Assembly: GCA_965246885.1 (NCBI GenBank)
Contig: OZ251992.1
Location: forward strand, 768,001 to 832,000
DNA length: 64,000 nucleotides
Origin: Abditibacterium sp.
Lineage (GTDB): Bacteria > Armatimonadota > Abditibacteriia > Abditibacteriales > Abditibacteriaceae
Direction: 5' to 3'
Shown here: positions 1 to 9,877 of the stretch, piece after piece
Layout of the letters: each line of letters starts with the position of its first letter
Position numbering within the stretch: the first letter of the stretch is position 1
The notes under the pieces: generated by a model
Database searches by the model: none
Told to the model about the DNA's origin: nothing
The model's input: only the letters and a program-made list of their open reading frames with translations
Program-made: the position numbers and the translations under genes

Positions 1-732
1 GGCGTGCCCAAAACGATGGACAACGACGTTCACGGCACCGACCAATGCTTCGGCTTCGACACTTCCGTCACGCTCGCCGTCGAAGCCATCGAGCGCTTGC
101 GCGACACCGCCGACAGCCACAACCGCGTCATTGTCCTCGAAGTTTTCGGGCGCAAAGCGGGCTGGACGGCGCTTTATACCGCCGTCGCCGCCGATGCCGA
201 CTACGTCCTCATCCCCGAACGCAACCCCGCCGACTTGGAGGGGATGTTCGCCAAACTGCGCGAAGTCAAAAAGCGCAGAGATTACGCCCTTGTCGTTGTC
301 GCCGAGGGCGCCGACCATCCCGATTTGGACGAGTGGGCCGACGAAATCGCGCGCGGCTTGAACGGCACGCGCTTGGGCGAAGCGGCAGTCGAGATAGATT
401 CCTTCGGCCACCCCATCCTCAAAGAGCGCCGCGTCGGGGACTGGTGCGCCTACAAGATCAAGCAAGAGTTGGGTTGGGACACCCGCGTATCCGTCATGGC
501 GCACCTCATGCGCGGCGGCGCCCCGACTCTCGAAGACCGCATCTTGGGCGCCCGCTTAGGCATCGCCGCCGCCGATTACGTCGCCGAGGGCAGATTCGGC
601 GTCATGGCCAGCCTCAAAGGGCAGGACATCGTGCCCTTCCCCTTGGAAGAGCTAACCGACGCGGACGGCAAGTCCATCACCCGCAACTGCACCCCCGACG
701 CGCTGCGAATGGCGGATGTTTTGATGAAGTAG
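1..732 (+). CDS. pfkA: 6-phosphofructokinase, C-terminal part (gene starts before the window)
   Basis: PFK motifs GVPKTMDND, FGFDT, VLEVFGRKAGW, VVVAEGA, RGGAPT..DRILG. Confidence 0.9.
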   Translation, partial: GVPKTMDNDVHGTDQCFGFDTSVTLAVEAIERLRDTADSHNRVIVLEVFGRKAGWTALYTAVAADADYVLIPERNPADLEGMFAKLREVKKRRDYALVVVAEGADHPDLDEWADEIARGLNGTRLGEAAVEIDSFGHPILKERRVGDWCAYKIKQELGWDTRVSVMAHLMRGGAPTLEDRILGARLGIAAADYVAEGRFGVMASLKGQDIVPFPLEELTDADGKSITRNCTPDALRMADVLMK

Positions 733-766
733 GACTGGGAAAAGCCGCGCTCATTTGGGCGCAGCT
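689..766 (+). repeat. Direct repeat copy A: pfkA 3' end plus downstream hairpin
   Basis: gcacccccgacgcgctgcgaatggcggatgttttgatgaagtag...aagccgcgctcatttgggcgc recurs, diverged, at 1533-1606. Confidence 0.85.
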
Positions 767-774
767 CTTGTATT

Positions 775-1461
775 TCAATGCGCTCTTCCTTCAATAGGCA
801 AACCGCTTTGTGCGAACTGGCGCCCGTTCCACATAAAAATAGTGGTAGTGGTCATGCCGCCACTGCCGCCGGTTTCAACCAGTTCATATTCGCCGAATGT
901 GCCTCGCGCAACCGAGTAGTAATTGTAGCCGCCTTCGCTTGCGTTAGATACTCTCGTGTCGCTTAGATAATCTCCGGCTAATCCATATGGGAACACGAAA
1001 AAAGTGTGGATCGTTGTGCTTGATTGATTATCATCCGCTTGAAACACTAATCCCTGCTTAGTCCGAGAGTTGAAGTAGCGCAATGAAATCTTGTCCGGCG
1101 CACGTTGGGCTGAGTAAGTGATGCTCGTCTGGTATATCGGTTTGACGGGATTCAAGAAGACGTCAAGGACAATAGGGGATTCGGTTAAGTGAGACCAAGA
1201 GCGCAGCTCTTGGGGTGTGATGGGGCCTTCATAGGAATTTCTGCCAACCGGGTAATCCTTGCCGTTTTTGGGAAAACGGCGCGGCGCTGTCCACACATGG
1301 ACGAGATACTTGGGCGCCCCCGGTGCAGGTGCGAGTTCGTAAGTGCCCAGTGAGACGATTCTCTGCGGCATCATCGCGCGAAGTTCGGGCGGCAAGGGTT
1401 TCGGCGCGGCCAACGCGGGCGCGGCGGAAACGGCCAAGGTGAGAAGGAGCAGTCGTTTCAT
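775..1461 (-). CDS. Secreted hypothetical protein, paralog family member 1
   Basis: Signal peptide MKRLLLLTLAVSAAPALA; shares HVWT, LDVF, GLVFQ and WNG motifs with 1590-2267. Confidence 0.8.
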   Translation of the reverse strand: MKRLLLLTLAVSAAPALAAPKPLPPELRAMMPQRIVSLGTYELAPAPGAPKYLVHVWTAPRRFPKNGKDYPVGRNSYEGPITPQELRSWSHLTESPIVLDVFLNPVKPIYQTSITYSAQRAPDKISLRYFNSRTKQGLVFQADDNQSSTTIHTFFVFPYGLAGDYLSDTRVSNASEGGYNYYSVARGTFGEYELVETGGSGGMTTTTIFMWNGRQFAQSGLPIEGRAH

Positions 1462-1532
1462 CGGAAAAGGCGCCGCGTGTGCGGCGCCTTCTAAACTTTA
1501 AACGGATTTGGGGCGTGGCGCATAATTCCGAG

Positions 1533-1606
1533 GCACCTCGACGTCCTGCGCATGGTAGATGTTTCGATGAAGTAGGGGAAGAGCCGCGCTCATTTGGGCG
1601 CGGCTT
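1533..1606 (+). repeat. Direct repeat copy B: degenerate copy of pfkA 3' end plus hairpin
   Basis: gcacctcgacgtcctgcgcatggtagatgtttcgatgaagtag...gagccgcgctcatttgggcgcggctt. Confidence 0.85.
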
Positions 1607-2267
1607 TGCCTTGCCTCAAGCGGAAGGCCACGCCGTTCCAGTCGTAGGTTTCGGTGCGTATGTCGTTTGGGGCGAGCTTCGTCACATGTGTGATTGTCAG
1701 CTTGCCGTTTGATGTGCGCGTTGGAAAGTAGGACTCGCGGAAGCCTTGGTAGTTGGTAGAAGTGAAAATCACCGTCTTGTAGTCGGCTGGTCTGTTTCGT
1801 CTTCCTCCGATTGTGTTGGGGAAGACAAAGAAGCGGTGCCGGGTTTCAGTGACCCTTTCCATCTCTTGGCTTTCGTAAGTCGTCGAATCGTTTACCTGAA
1901 ACACGAATCCCCATCTCACTTCGGCGTCGAGGAAGCGAAGAGAAACGCTGCTTGGCGCGCTGTTCGCGCCATATACAATGCTCTTTACGATGGTGGGCCG
2001 TCCCCCGACTGGCGAGGAGAAGATGTCCATCACAACCGGTGCCTCGCTTCGTAGGTCGCCGAAGTATTCTTTATGGTGCGAAGCTGGGCGGGGCAATGTC
2101 CACACATGAACGATGCACGTGTCGGTTCCCGGCTGGAACCTCAAGTGGTAGACACCAAGAGATACCGCGTGGCGCGGCATTTCCGCTCGAATAAAGTGCG
2201 GTAACGGCCTTGGCGCGGCCAATGCGGGCGCGGCTAAAGCCAAGGTGAGAAGGAGCAGTCGTTTCAT
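1590..2267 (-). CDS. Secreted hypothetical protein, paralog family member 2
   Basis: Signal peptide MKRLLLLTLALAAPALA, near-identical to member 1; HVWT, MDIF, GFVFQ and WNG motifs. Confidence 0.8.
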   Translation of the reverse strand: MKRLLLLTLALAAPALAAPRPLPHFIRAEMPRHAVSLGVYHLRFQPGTDTCIVHVWTLPRPASHHKEYFGDLRSEAPVVMDIFSSPVGGRPTIVKSIVYGANSAPSSVSLRFLDAEVRWGFVFQVNDSTTYESQEMERVTETRHRFFVFPNTIGGRRNRPADYKTVIFTSTNYQGFRESYFPTRTSNGKLTITHVTKLAPNDIRTETYDWNGVAFRLRQGKAAPK

Positions 2268-2374
2268 CGAAAAAGGCGCGGCGTGCGTGGCGCCTTTTCC
2301 ATTTTAATCGGGCTTGGCTGCTTATCGGCTCACGCGGACGGAGGTTAGCTGGCCCCTGAGCGCCGAGCGACGCC

Positions 2375-2413
2375 AGAAAAGCTAAGGCGTCGTGTCTTCC
2401 GACACGACGCCTT
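2375..2413 (-). terminator. Rho-independent terminator downstream of the prepilin gene
   Basis: Perfect 13-bp stem aaggcgtcgtgtc/gacacgacgcctt, GGAA loop on the minus strand, followed by agcttttct. Confidence 0.7.
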
Positions 2414-2471
2414 GGGGTGGGCGCACGTTGCCCCTTTAGTAAGCGGCAGTAGCAGAAGCAACAGGCCCGCG

Positions 2472-3413
2472 TCAATTGGGGCTGAAAGTGGCGGCATAGC
2501 TGGAGTTGGAAGCACCGGCTGCGGTGACGTCTTTAAGTAGCGGACAATCGGTGTTGACACCGACGGCGGCGTTGGTGTCGGGGTTAACCAAGCCCGGAGC
2601 CACCGCAGCGCCTTTGAGCCATTTGATGTGACCGTCGCAAAAGGCGTAGTTGGCCCCGTCCAGATGGCGACCGGGGCCGTTGTAATTGCCCCCACTTCCC
2701 ACTGGCCCCGTCATGTTACCGGTTTCATACTTGATTCCTTCAGGGTTGACGACATTGTTAGTGATAGACCCAGACGTACTAATCAAATTCCCTTGGCTCC
2801 CATAAGTGGCAGGAGAACAAGCAACGGTGTTGGCTTGACAGCCGCTTTCGTAACCGCCGATGGAAGCGGAAGCGCCAGAGACTTCGACCAGCATGACGGT
2901 TTTGGAGGGAGAGTTAAGGGCCGCCAGTTTGCCGTTGACGCCCATATGCACACCCACCGTGCATCCGTCCCCAACCCCGAAGCCGGAATCGGAAGGCACT
3001 GCGGCGTTGTAAGCGTAAGAAACGGCGGTGGTGTTGGCAACTGGGGCAGTCGTATCGCTGGGGCAGGTGAAAATCTGCGTGCTCTTGATGTAGGGAGCCA
3101 GTTGGCCCGCCCACCCCGGCCCGTTGGCCCCAACTCCAGCATAAGGCGTTCCAGAAAGGCCGTTGGCCGGAGGCTCTGGCCAAGCAGTCATGGCCACTCC
3201 CTGCGGACAAGTCTCATCGTAGTCCTGTTGGTATTGCATAATACCTAACCCAATCTGTTTGAGGTTGGATTGGCAAGAAGAGCGGCGGGCGTTTTCGCGG
3301 GCGCGGGCGAAGGCCGGAAAGAGTATGGCTGCAAGTATAGCGATGATGGCGATAACTACCAATAATTCTATAAGGGTAAACGCGTTCCGCTTGCTTGGAT
3401 GAAGGTGTCTCAT
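2472..3413 (-). CDS. Prepilin-type N-terminal cleavage/methylation protein, DUF1559 / H-X9-DG family
   Basis: [47 protein letters not shown]-terminal [13 protein letters not shown]; start refined to the ATG at 3413. Confidence 0.93.
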   Translation of the reverse strand: MRHLHPSKRNAFTLIELLVVIAIIAILAAILFPAFARARENARRSSCQSNLKQIGLGIMQYQQDYDETCPQGVAMTAWPEPPANGLSGTPYAGVGANGPGWAGQLAPYIKSTQIFTCPSDTTAPVANTTAVSYAYNAAVPSDSGFGVGDGCTVGVHMGVNGKLAALNSPSKTVMLVEVSGASASIGGYESGCQANTVACSPATYGSQGNLISTSGSITNNVVNPEGIKYETGNMTGPVGSGGNYNGPGRHLDGANYAFCDGHIKWLKGAAVAPGLVNPDTNAAVGVNTDCPLLKDVTAAGASNSSYAATFSPN

Positions 3414-3507
3414 AGTAGAACCCAAAGTATTCCTTTGACAACCATCTGCGCCTGTGCGAGCGCGGCGTAAAGGCGCACCGGGGCGGTGAAATGGCATCAT
3501 TCCTTCT

Positions 3508-3513
3508 ATTATA
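3508..3513 (-). promoter_or_regulatory. Perfect TATAAT -10 element upstream of the prepilin gene
   Basis: Minus strand ttagaa-N16-TATAAT in an AT-rich intergenic region. Confidence 0.55.
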
Positions 3514-3575
3514 CCCACCAGAACACCGCTTCTAACACTTTGGCAAAAGAATTTTTCACACGTGTGGAGGCGCAT

Positions 3576-4910
3576 CTACCGGCTCACGCGGATGCGCTCG
3601 ACGCCGATGCGTTCGCTCATGATCTTTTCGACGGAGGGGAGTTGGATGTGCGGGGTGACAACGGCGGGCGGCGGGGCGGCGGGTTTTTCTTGGAAGACGA
3701 TTTCGTTGGGGGTGACGACTAAGCGCGGGGTTTCGACGGCGTTGGAGCGCACGAACTGGTCGCCGGGGGTGGACAGGTAGCGGGCGTTGGAAATGTCTTT
3801 GGCGTAGGTGCGGGCTTGTTCGGGCACGCGGGTGAGGCGGTAGTCGCCGTCGCCGTTTTGCCAGTTGAACCACGAGATCGCCTTGACGCGCGGGTAGCGC
3901 GTTTCAAGGGCGGCGAAGAACTGCTCGACCCACGTCACCTCGCCGGGGAAAAGGGAGTTGTAGCGGTTCTTTTCGGGCGAGGTCGCCCATTCGGTGATGA
4001 AGAACGGCTTGCGCGGCGCCAGTTCGCGGTAGATTGTGTCCATCGCGCTCATGCTGTTGCCCGAATAGAACGAGATGCCGACCCAATCCACGTAACTGTC
4101 GCCGGGATAATACGACTTGTAGGAGATGCCGCCGACATCGGGCACGTTGGGCGACCACACGAACGCCGCATTATTGGCGCCTTGCGCGCGGAAAATCGAA
4201 ACGATGTGGCGCCACGCCGCGACGTAATCGCTCGCCGTCGTGTTCGCGCCGGGAAAGGCTTGGGAGTAGGGATACCAGTTGCCGTTCATTTCGTGGTCTA
4301 TCGAGATGAAGACGGGGGATTTGAAATCCTTAATCGTGCGCGCGGCTTCGATGAAGTAAGCGTCCCACTGCCCGCCCGCGATGGCTTTGAGGTCGGCCAT
4401 CTTGCCGGTAGAAGCAAAGGCGTAGTCTTGCGTCGAGAACTTGACGAGCGACAGGGCGCCCAGCCGCTTGACGCGCTCCAAGGAGTAGGAGTAGTTCTGG
4501 CGCCAACTGGTGAGGCGCCCGTTTTCATAAGCGGAAGCAAACCACGTCACGACCGAGATGCGCTTGCCCGCCGCGCCATTGTATTGCGCGATCTGGCGGC
4601 GCAGGCCGTCCTCACTCCACGTGTCGGGCAGGCTCGCGCCGTGATAAACGCCGTTTCCGGCGGGTTCAAACTTGGCGCGCGGCCCGGTGATTTGCAAGTG
4701 CCCGGTGTCTATTAGGGGCGGCGGAATAACGACCGGGGTCGCGGAAGCGGCAACGCGGGGCGGCGAGGCCGCGAACGTGTCCGCCGGGAAAAAGACTGGC
4801 GCCTTTGGGATGGGCGGGAGGATAATTTTGATTTGCGCGCGCGCCCCCGACGCACTCGCAACACCCAGCGCAACGGCGAGAAAAAGGGGAGAACGAGAGG
4901 ACATGGCCAC
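3576..4910 (-). CDS. Secreted glycoside hydrolase family 26 (beta-mannanase-like)
   Basis: DHEMNGNWYPY (acid/base Glu), FVWSPN, YYPGDSYVDWVG, FITEWA (nucleophile); signal peptide. Confidence 0.88.
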   Translation of the reverse strand: MAMSSRSPLFLAVALGVASASGARAQIKIILPPIPKAPVFFPADTFAASPPRVAASATPVVIPPPLIDTGHLQITGPRAKFEPAGNGVYHGASLPDTWSEDGLRRQIAQYNGAAGKRISVVTWFASAYENGRLTSWRQNYSYSLERVKRLGALSLVKFSTQDYAFASTGKMADLKAIAGGQWDAYFIEAARTIKDFKSPVFISIDHEMNGNWYPYSQAFPGANTTASDYVAAWRHIVSIFRAQGANNAAFVWSPNVPDVGGISYKSYYPGDSYVDWVGISFYSGNSMSAMDTIYRELAPRKPFFITEWATSPEKNRYNSLFPGEVTWVEQFFAALETRYPRVKAISWFNWQNGDGDYRLTRVPEQARTYAKDISNARYLSTPGDQFVRSNAVETPRLVVTPNEIVFQEKPAAPPPAVVTPHIQLPSVEKIMSERIGVERIRVSR

Positions 4911-4956
4911 GAAGAACTGCTTCGGGTTATGCCATGTTTTTGCCGTTATAGTTGAT

Positions 4957-4982
4957 GGGGGCCAGCCTCCGGGCTGGCCCCC
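4957..4982 (-). terminator. GC-rich hairpin after the deacetylase gene
   Basis: gggggccagcc-tccg-ggctggccccc; no clear U-tract. Confidence 0.5.
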
Positions 4983-4991
4983 TGTTGAGCC

Positions 4992-6560
4992 TTACGAAGC
5001 GCCCGCGCTGGGTGCGGTGGTTTTGGCGGCGGCAGTCGCGGTAGTTGGCGCAGTCTTAGCGGCAGCTATTGGGGCGGCGGCGGCAGAAGTCGCCGATTTC
5101 GAGAACAAGACGGCTTGCGGCACGATTTGCCAGTTCTGGGTGCCATACGTCCACGCCAGATTAATCGCGCCCGCATTGGGGTCGGGGGTGTAGTCAATGC
5201 GAATCGGCACGCGCACCCCGCCCGTGAGCCAAGGGTAAACCGCCGAATTGCCCGACCCCGCGACCGCCCTGTCCACGACGAGTTGGTTGTTCACCCACAT
5301 CCGCGTCGCGCCAACGGAAGACAGCGACATGGTGTATTGGCCGGTAACGGGCGCAAGGAGGTCGCCCGTCCAACTGACAAGGAACTGGGTGCCGCTTACG
5401 CCTGCAACGGGCGCGACGCCCTGCCACGTGAAGTCCACCGTTTTGTCCACGCGCGTAGCGACGGGCGTCGAAAGGTTCGTCGTGTTGAAATAGGCGCCCG
5501 AAAGTCCGTCGCCAGTGGCGGGAACCGGCGTGGCGGTCGGCGCGGGGGTGGCAGTGGGAGCCGGGGTCGCCGTCGGTTTGGGCGTAGCGGTCGCGGTTGG
5601 CGCGGGTGTGGCCGTTGGTTTGGGGGTGGCCGTCGCTGTGGGTTTGGGGGTGGCAGTCGCGGTAGGCGTGGCGGTCGCCGTCGGCGTGGGCGTCGCTGTG
5701 GGTTTGGGCGTTGCAGTGGCAGTGGGTGCGGGGGTGGCCGTTGGCTTGGGTGTTGCTGTCGGGGTGGGGGCGGGTTTGGGCGTGGCCGTCGGCACGGGTG
5801 TTGGAGTGGCAGTGGGAGCGGGCGTCGGCGTGGGAACGGCGCGCTGGCGCAGCAAGTCGGGAACGGTGGCGAAGGAGTAGCCCTGTGCGCGCAGGTTGGC
5901 GATGATGGTGGGAAGCGCCGCGATGGTTTGCGAGCGGTCGCCGCCGCCATCGTGCATGAGCACGACCGCGCCCGGCGCCGCGTTCTTGGTCACGCTGTCA
6001 ATGATGCTTTGCGTGCCGGGCATAGACCAATCCTGCGGGTCAACCGACCAGACGATCACCGCGTCGTTCTGGTTTAGCGCCGCCTGAACCACGCCGTTAT
6101 CGAAGTTGCCGTACGGCGGGCGAAAAAGCGGCGTCGAGATGCCCAATTTAGCGAAAGAGGCGTCGGTGGTGGTGACTTCCCCGACCGGATCGCTCGGCGC
6201 TTGCAAGTGGTGGTAGGTGTGATTGCCCAAGGCGTGACCGCCGTTCTTTACAAGGGTGGTAAGCGCGGGGTTGGCGTCTATGTTGGCGCCGATCTCGAAG
6301 AAGGTGGCCTTGACGTTGTTATCGGCGAGAATCTTGAGGATGGCCTGCGTGTTGCCGGGTTGCGGGCCGTCATCGAAGGTGAGGGCGATCACCTTGTTGG
6401 TGGGCGCGACGGGCACGTTGTTGAAAACGTATCCTCTGGTGTCGGCAGGAATGGTGTATGTAGTCGTGATGGTCTGCGCGCGCGCCACGAGCGGCGACGA
6501 CAGCGCAAGTGCACCCGCGACGAGCAGGGCACCAATCGAACGGAAGACTGGAAATTTCAT
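4992..6560 (-). CDS. Secreted polysaccharide deacetylase (CE4/NodB) + Pro/Thr linker + PA14 domain
   Basis: [36 protein letters not shown]; long PTATP linker; GLSGAYF...[10 protein letters not shown]...WTG PA14 signature. Confidence 0.92.
   Translation of the reverse strand: MKFPVFRSIGALLVAGALALSSPLVARAQTITTTYTIPADTRGYVFNNVPVAPTNKVIALTFDDGPQPGNTQAILKILADNNVKATFFEIGANIDANPALTTLVKNGGHALGNHTYHHLQAPSDPVGEVTTTDASFAKLGISTPLFRPPYGNFDNGVVQAALNQNDAVIVWSVDPQDWSMPGTQSIIDSVTKNAAPGAVVLMHDGGGDRSQTIAALPTIIANLRAQGYSFATVPDLLRQRAVPTPTPAPTATPTPVPTATPKPAPTPTATPKPTATPAPTATATPKPTATPTPTATATPTATATPKPTATATPKPTATPAPTATATPKPTATPAPTATPAPTATPVPATGDGLSGAYFNTTNLSTPVATRVDKTVDFTWQGVAPVAGVSGTQFLVSWTGDLLAPVTGQYTMSLSSVGATRMWVNNQLVVDRAVAGSGNSAVYPWLTGGVRVPIRIDYTPDPNAGAINLAWTYGTQNWQIVPQAVLFSKSATSAAAAPIAAAKTAPTTATAAAKTTAPSAGAS
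5520..5835 (-). repeat. Coding low-complexity PT(A)T repeat linker
   Basis: Repeated [15 protein letters not shown] peptide units. Confidence 0.85.
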
Positions 6561-6597
6561 AACGCGGGGCAAAGTGTCACCGCGACTCCCGCGCGTG

Positions 6598-6626
6598 TCT
6601 ACGCGCCCTTGAGCGTTAAAGTTTCG
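6598..6626 (-). promoter_or_regulatory. Putative ECF-sigma promoter for the deacetylase gene
   Basis: Minus strand cGAAAC-N17-CGTAga, matching the SigW/SigM-type AAC...CGT consensus. Confidence 0.5.
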
Positions 6627-6695
6627 TTTCGCCGAAAAAAACCTTGGGGAAACCCCTCAACTTGTGGCAAACCCGGCGCGGGCGGGCGATTATGC

Positions 6696-7790
6696 TTACA
6701 CATTGAAGCGGAAGTGCATCACGTCGCCGTCCTTAACGATGTAGTCTTTGCCTTCCAAGCGCATCTTTCCGGCGGCCTTGGCGCCCTTTTCGCCTTGGAG
6801 GTCGATGTAGTCGGCGAAGGAGATGACCTCGGCGCGGATAAAGCCGCGCTCGAAATCGGTGTGAATGACGCCTGCCGCTTGCGGGGCGGTGGCGCCGACG
6901 GGCACTTCCCACGCTCGCACTTCCTTTTCACCCGCCGTGAAGTAGGTTTGCAAGCCCAATAGCTCGTAGCCCGCGCGGATGACGCGGTTCAGACCGGGTT
7001 CGCTGAGGCCGATTTCGCCCAAGAACTCCAACTTCTCCTCGTCGCTCATCTCGACGATCTCCGCTTCAAGCGACGCGCAGATGGGCACCACTAAGGCGCC
7101 TTCGCGCTCGGCGTGCGCGCGGACTGCGGGGAGAAACTCGTTGTCGTTCAAGTTCTGCGCGTCGGATACGTTGGCCACGAACATCACCGGCTTGAGCGTC
7201 AAAAAGGCGAAGGACTTCAAGAGAAGTTTCTCGTCGTCCGACCAGCCGAGCGAACGGAGCGACGCGCCGCCGTCTAAGGTTTCGCGCGCTTGCTCTAATA
7301 ACGGCGCGATTTGCCCCGCCGCTTTGTCGCCCATCTTCGCCAGCTTCTTAGTTTTCTCAAGGCTCTTTTCAACGGTGTTCAAGTCGGCCAGAGCCAGTTC
7401 CGTGTCTATCACGGCGATGTCGTCGAGCGGCGAAACGCGCCCCGCGACGTGCACGACGTCGTCGTTTTGAAAGCAGCGCACCACATGCGCGATCGCGTCG
7501 CACGAGCGGATGTTTGCCAGAAACTGGTTGCCCAACCCCTCGCCCTTGCTCGCACCGGCAACGAGGCCCGCGATGTCCACGAACTCGGTCGCCGCCGACA
7601 GAATGCGTTGCGGGTTAACAATAGCCGCGAGTTGCGCCAAGCGCGGGTCGGGCACCTCGACGATGCCGACGTTGGGTTCGATGGTGCAAAACGGATAATT
7701 CTCCGCCGCGATGCCCGCTTTGGTCAGCGCATTAAAAAGCGTGGACTTTCCCACATTGGGAAGCCCGACGATGCCACATTGAAGACTCAT
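6696..7790 (-). CDS. ychF: Redox-regulated ATPase YchF (OBG family)
   Basis: [36 protein letters not shown]-terminal TGS domain ending [11 protein letters not shown]. Confidence 0.98.
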   Translation of the reverse strand: MSLQCGIVGLPNVGKSTLFNALTKAGIAAENYPFCTIEPNVGIVEVPDPRLAQLAAIVNPQRILSAATEFVDIAGLVAGASKGEGLGNQFLANIRSCDAIAHVVRCFQNDDVVHVAGRVSPLDDIAVIDTELALADLNTVEKSLEKTKKLAKMGDKAAGQIAPLLEQARETLDGGASLRSLGWSDDEKLLLKSFAFLTLKPVMFVANVSDAQNLNDNEFLPAVRAHAEREGALVVPICASLEAEIVEMSDEEKLEFLGEIGLSEPGLNRVIRAGYELLGLQTYFTAGEKEVRAWEVPVGATAPQAAGVIHTDFERGFIRAEVISFADYIDLQGEKGAKAAGKMRLEGKDYIVKDGDVMHFRFNV

Positions 7791-7945
7791 GATGAATGGG
7801 CCAAAAGTATGACGGGTGGGGGAAGAGGTTCAAGCGAGGTCGCACTTAGGCCGATGAGCCAAGGGCTTGTAGCCCAAGCAGAAAAATAAGTCTCGCTGTG
7901 CATTGGTCGCCGGTTTTGCCCGCTCTGCCTTTCCCTAAATTATGT

Positions 7946-8113
7946 GATTCCTCGGAAGAAGCACCTGCTTCTTCGCTCCAGACACCGAATTCCCTCGAAG
8001 AAGCGGGTAACTTTTTGGAAGGATTGCCTACTTCTTCGAGGGAATTCGCTAACTCAACCGATGACCCACGTACCTCTTTCGTGGGCGTGGCTAATTGGCC
8101 GGGAAATTAAGCC
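7946..8113. repeat. Intergenic degenerate 21-nt-period array (8 units) containing an 18-bp inverted repeat
   Basis: Units such as gattcctcggaagaagcacct, aattccctcgaagaagcgggt, acttcttcgagggaattcgct; IR at 7986-8003 / 8031-8048. Confidence 0.7.
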
Positions 8114-8152
8114 GCTCCCCACTTGATTTACCTTGTTCGATACTAAAAATTG

Positions 8153-9094
8153 ATGAGCACTGTTCCGCTTTGGGCGTGGGTAGCCTTTCACGCCGCCGTT
8201 TTTGCGGTGTTGGCGCTGGATGTGGGGGTGCTCAATCGCGGCGCCAAGGTGCCGTCGGTGAGGAACTCATTGGGGTGGACGGGGTTTTGGGTGGCGTTGT
8301 CGCTTGGGTTTTGCGCGCTGCTGCACGGACAACTGGGCGCGGCCAAGGCGGGCGAGTGGCTGTTGGCGTATGTGCTCGAATACGCGCTGAGCGTGGACAA
8401 CATCTTCGTGTTCATCGTGGTGTTACGCTTTTTCGCCGTGCCGCCAGTGCGTCAACACAAAGTGTTGCTGTGGGGCATCGTGAGCGCGTTCTTTTTGCGG
8501 GCGGCGATGCTTCTCGCGGGCACGGCGGTGATCGCGCGCTTCGCGTGGGTGGAGGTGCCCTTCGGCGCGTTCCTTGTGTACACCGCGTGGAAGCTGGCGT
8601 TCGGGTCGGATGTGCAGGTCGAACCCGCGAAGAACCCGGCGTTGCGGGCATTGCGACGCGTGGTGCCGGTGGCGGATGCGTATGACGGCGGGCACTTTTG
8701 GACACTCGACAACGGGCGCCGCGCGGCGACACCGTTGCTGGCGGTGCTACTCGTTATTGAAACAACGGACGTCTTGTTCGCGCTCGATTCCATCCCCGCG
8801 ACGCTCTCCGTCGTCAAGTCGCGCGACCTGTTCGTGGCGTATACGGCGAACATCTGCGCGATTTTGGGGCTGCGCTCCTTGTTCTTCGCCGTCGCGGGGG
8901 TAATGGGGCTGTTCCGCTTCCTCAAATACGGGTTGTCGCTTGTCCTCGCGTTCGTGGGCGCGAAGATGCTGCTGCGCTTCGCCTTCCATGTGGATTTCCC
9001 GACGTGGGCATCGTTGCTGGTCATCGCCACGATTTTGGCGGGAAGTGTGTTGCTATCCGTTTTGCGCCCGGAGCCGCCGAGCGGCGTCTCTTAA
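8153..9094 (+). CDS. TerC/Alx family metal homeostasis membrane protein
   Basis: YVLEYALSVDNIFVF, QHKVLLWGI, ATPL, ETTDVLFALDSIPA, TANICAILGLRSLFF. Confidence 0.93.
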   Translation: MSTVPLWAWVAFHAAVFAVLALDVGVLNRGAKVPSVRNSLGWTGFWVALSLGFCALLHGQLGAAKAGEWLLAYVLEYALSVDNIFVFIVVLRFFAVPPVRQHKVLLWGIVSAFFLRAAMLLAGTAVIARFAWVEVPFGAFLVYTAWKLAFGSDVQVEPAKNPALRALRRVVPVADAYDGGHFWTLDNGRRAATPLLAVLLVIETTDVLFALDSIPATLSVVKSRDLFVAYTANICAILGLRSLFFAVAGVMGLFRFLKYGLSLVLAFVGAKMLLRFAFHVDFPTWASLLVIATILAGSVLLSVLRPEPPSGVS

Positions 9095-9097
9095 GCT

Positions 9098-9877
9098 ATG
9101 AAATGGGTCTTGGGGACGGTGCCGTATCTCAACGCCTTGCCGCTCATTTGGGCGTTGGAGCGGCGCCCAGACGTTCAGTTGGTGCGGCTGTTGCCGTCGC
9201 AGTTGGGCGCGCGACTGGGGGGTGGGGAGTTGCACGCATCTCTCTCGCCGGTCTTCGACGTGCTGTCGGGGGTGGGCGAAAGCGTGTTGGGCGATGGCAT
9301 CGTGGGCGCGACGCGGGAGGTGCGTTCGGTGCTGCTCTTTCACCGGACGCCCATCGAAGCGATGCAAAGCGTGGCGCTGGATGCCAGTTCGCACTCATCG
9401 GTCAACCTGACGCGGGTGCTCCTGCGCGACTTTTACCGCGCCGTACCGCGTTTTGCCGATGCCAAGCCGAACTTAGCGAATATGCTTGCGCACCACGACG
9501 GCGCCGTTCTGATTGGCGACCCCGCCCTCGAAGCGGCGCAGGTGGCGGGTGACTGGGAAGTGCTCGACTTGGCACGCGCGTGGCACGACTTCACCGGCCT
9601 GTCGTTCACTTTTGCGGCATGGACGGGGCGGCGCGGACTGGCGGACGGAGAAGCGCGGGAACTGGCGGCGTTGCTGAACGAGGCGCGCGATGTGGGCGTG
9701 CGAAGCGTAGCGGACATTGTCGCCGCGAACCCGACGCGCTCGCCGCTTCCGGCGCCGGTGCGGGCGTCGTATCTGACGGACGCCATCGAGTATCGGCTCA
9801 CTCCCGCACACGAGGCGGGGCTACGCGAATACGCGCGGCGCCTCGACTTGCCGTTTCCGCGTTTACTTGGGGGGTGA
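9098..9877 (+). CDS. mqnA: Chorismate dehydratase (futalosine menaquinone pathway)
   Basis: GTVPYLNALPL, VRSVLL, DASSHSSVNL, LIGDPAL, DLARAWHDFTGLSFTFAAW. Confidence 0.88.
   Translation: MKWVLGTVPYLNALPLIWALERRPDVQLVRLLPSQLGARLGGGELHASLSPVFDVLSGVGESVLGDGIVGATREVRSVLLFHRTPIEAMQSVALDASSHSSVNLTRVLLRDFYRAVPRFADAKPNLANMLAHHDGAVLIGDPALEAAQVAGDWEVLDLARAWHDFTGLSFTFAAWTGRRGLADGEARELAALLNEARDVGVRSVADIVAANPTRSPLPAPVRASYLTDAIEYRLTPAHEAGLREYARRLDLPFPRLLGG

Noticed and set aside
689..1606. Prophage or integrative element bounded by att sites
   Set aside because: The unit is only about 845 bp with no integrase or phage gene; kept as a duplication finding.
2300..2470. SRP, 6S or other ncRNA in a structured intergenic region
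   Set aside because: No recognisable conserved ncRNA motif; the main hairpin is explained as a terminator.
5515..5880. Val/Gly/Ala-repeat ORFs (also 11737-12339)
   Set aside because: Reverse-complement readings of Pro/Thr-rich coding repeats.
7898..8126. Small ORFs of 60-70 aa over the repeat array
   Set aside because: Open frames are expected from a period divisible by three; no clear translation signals or homology seen.
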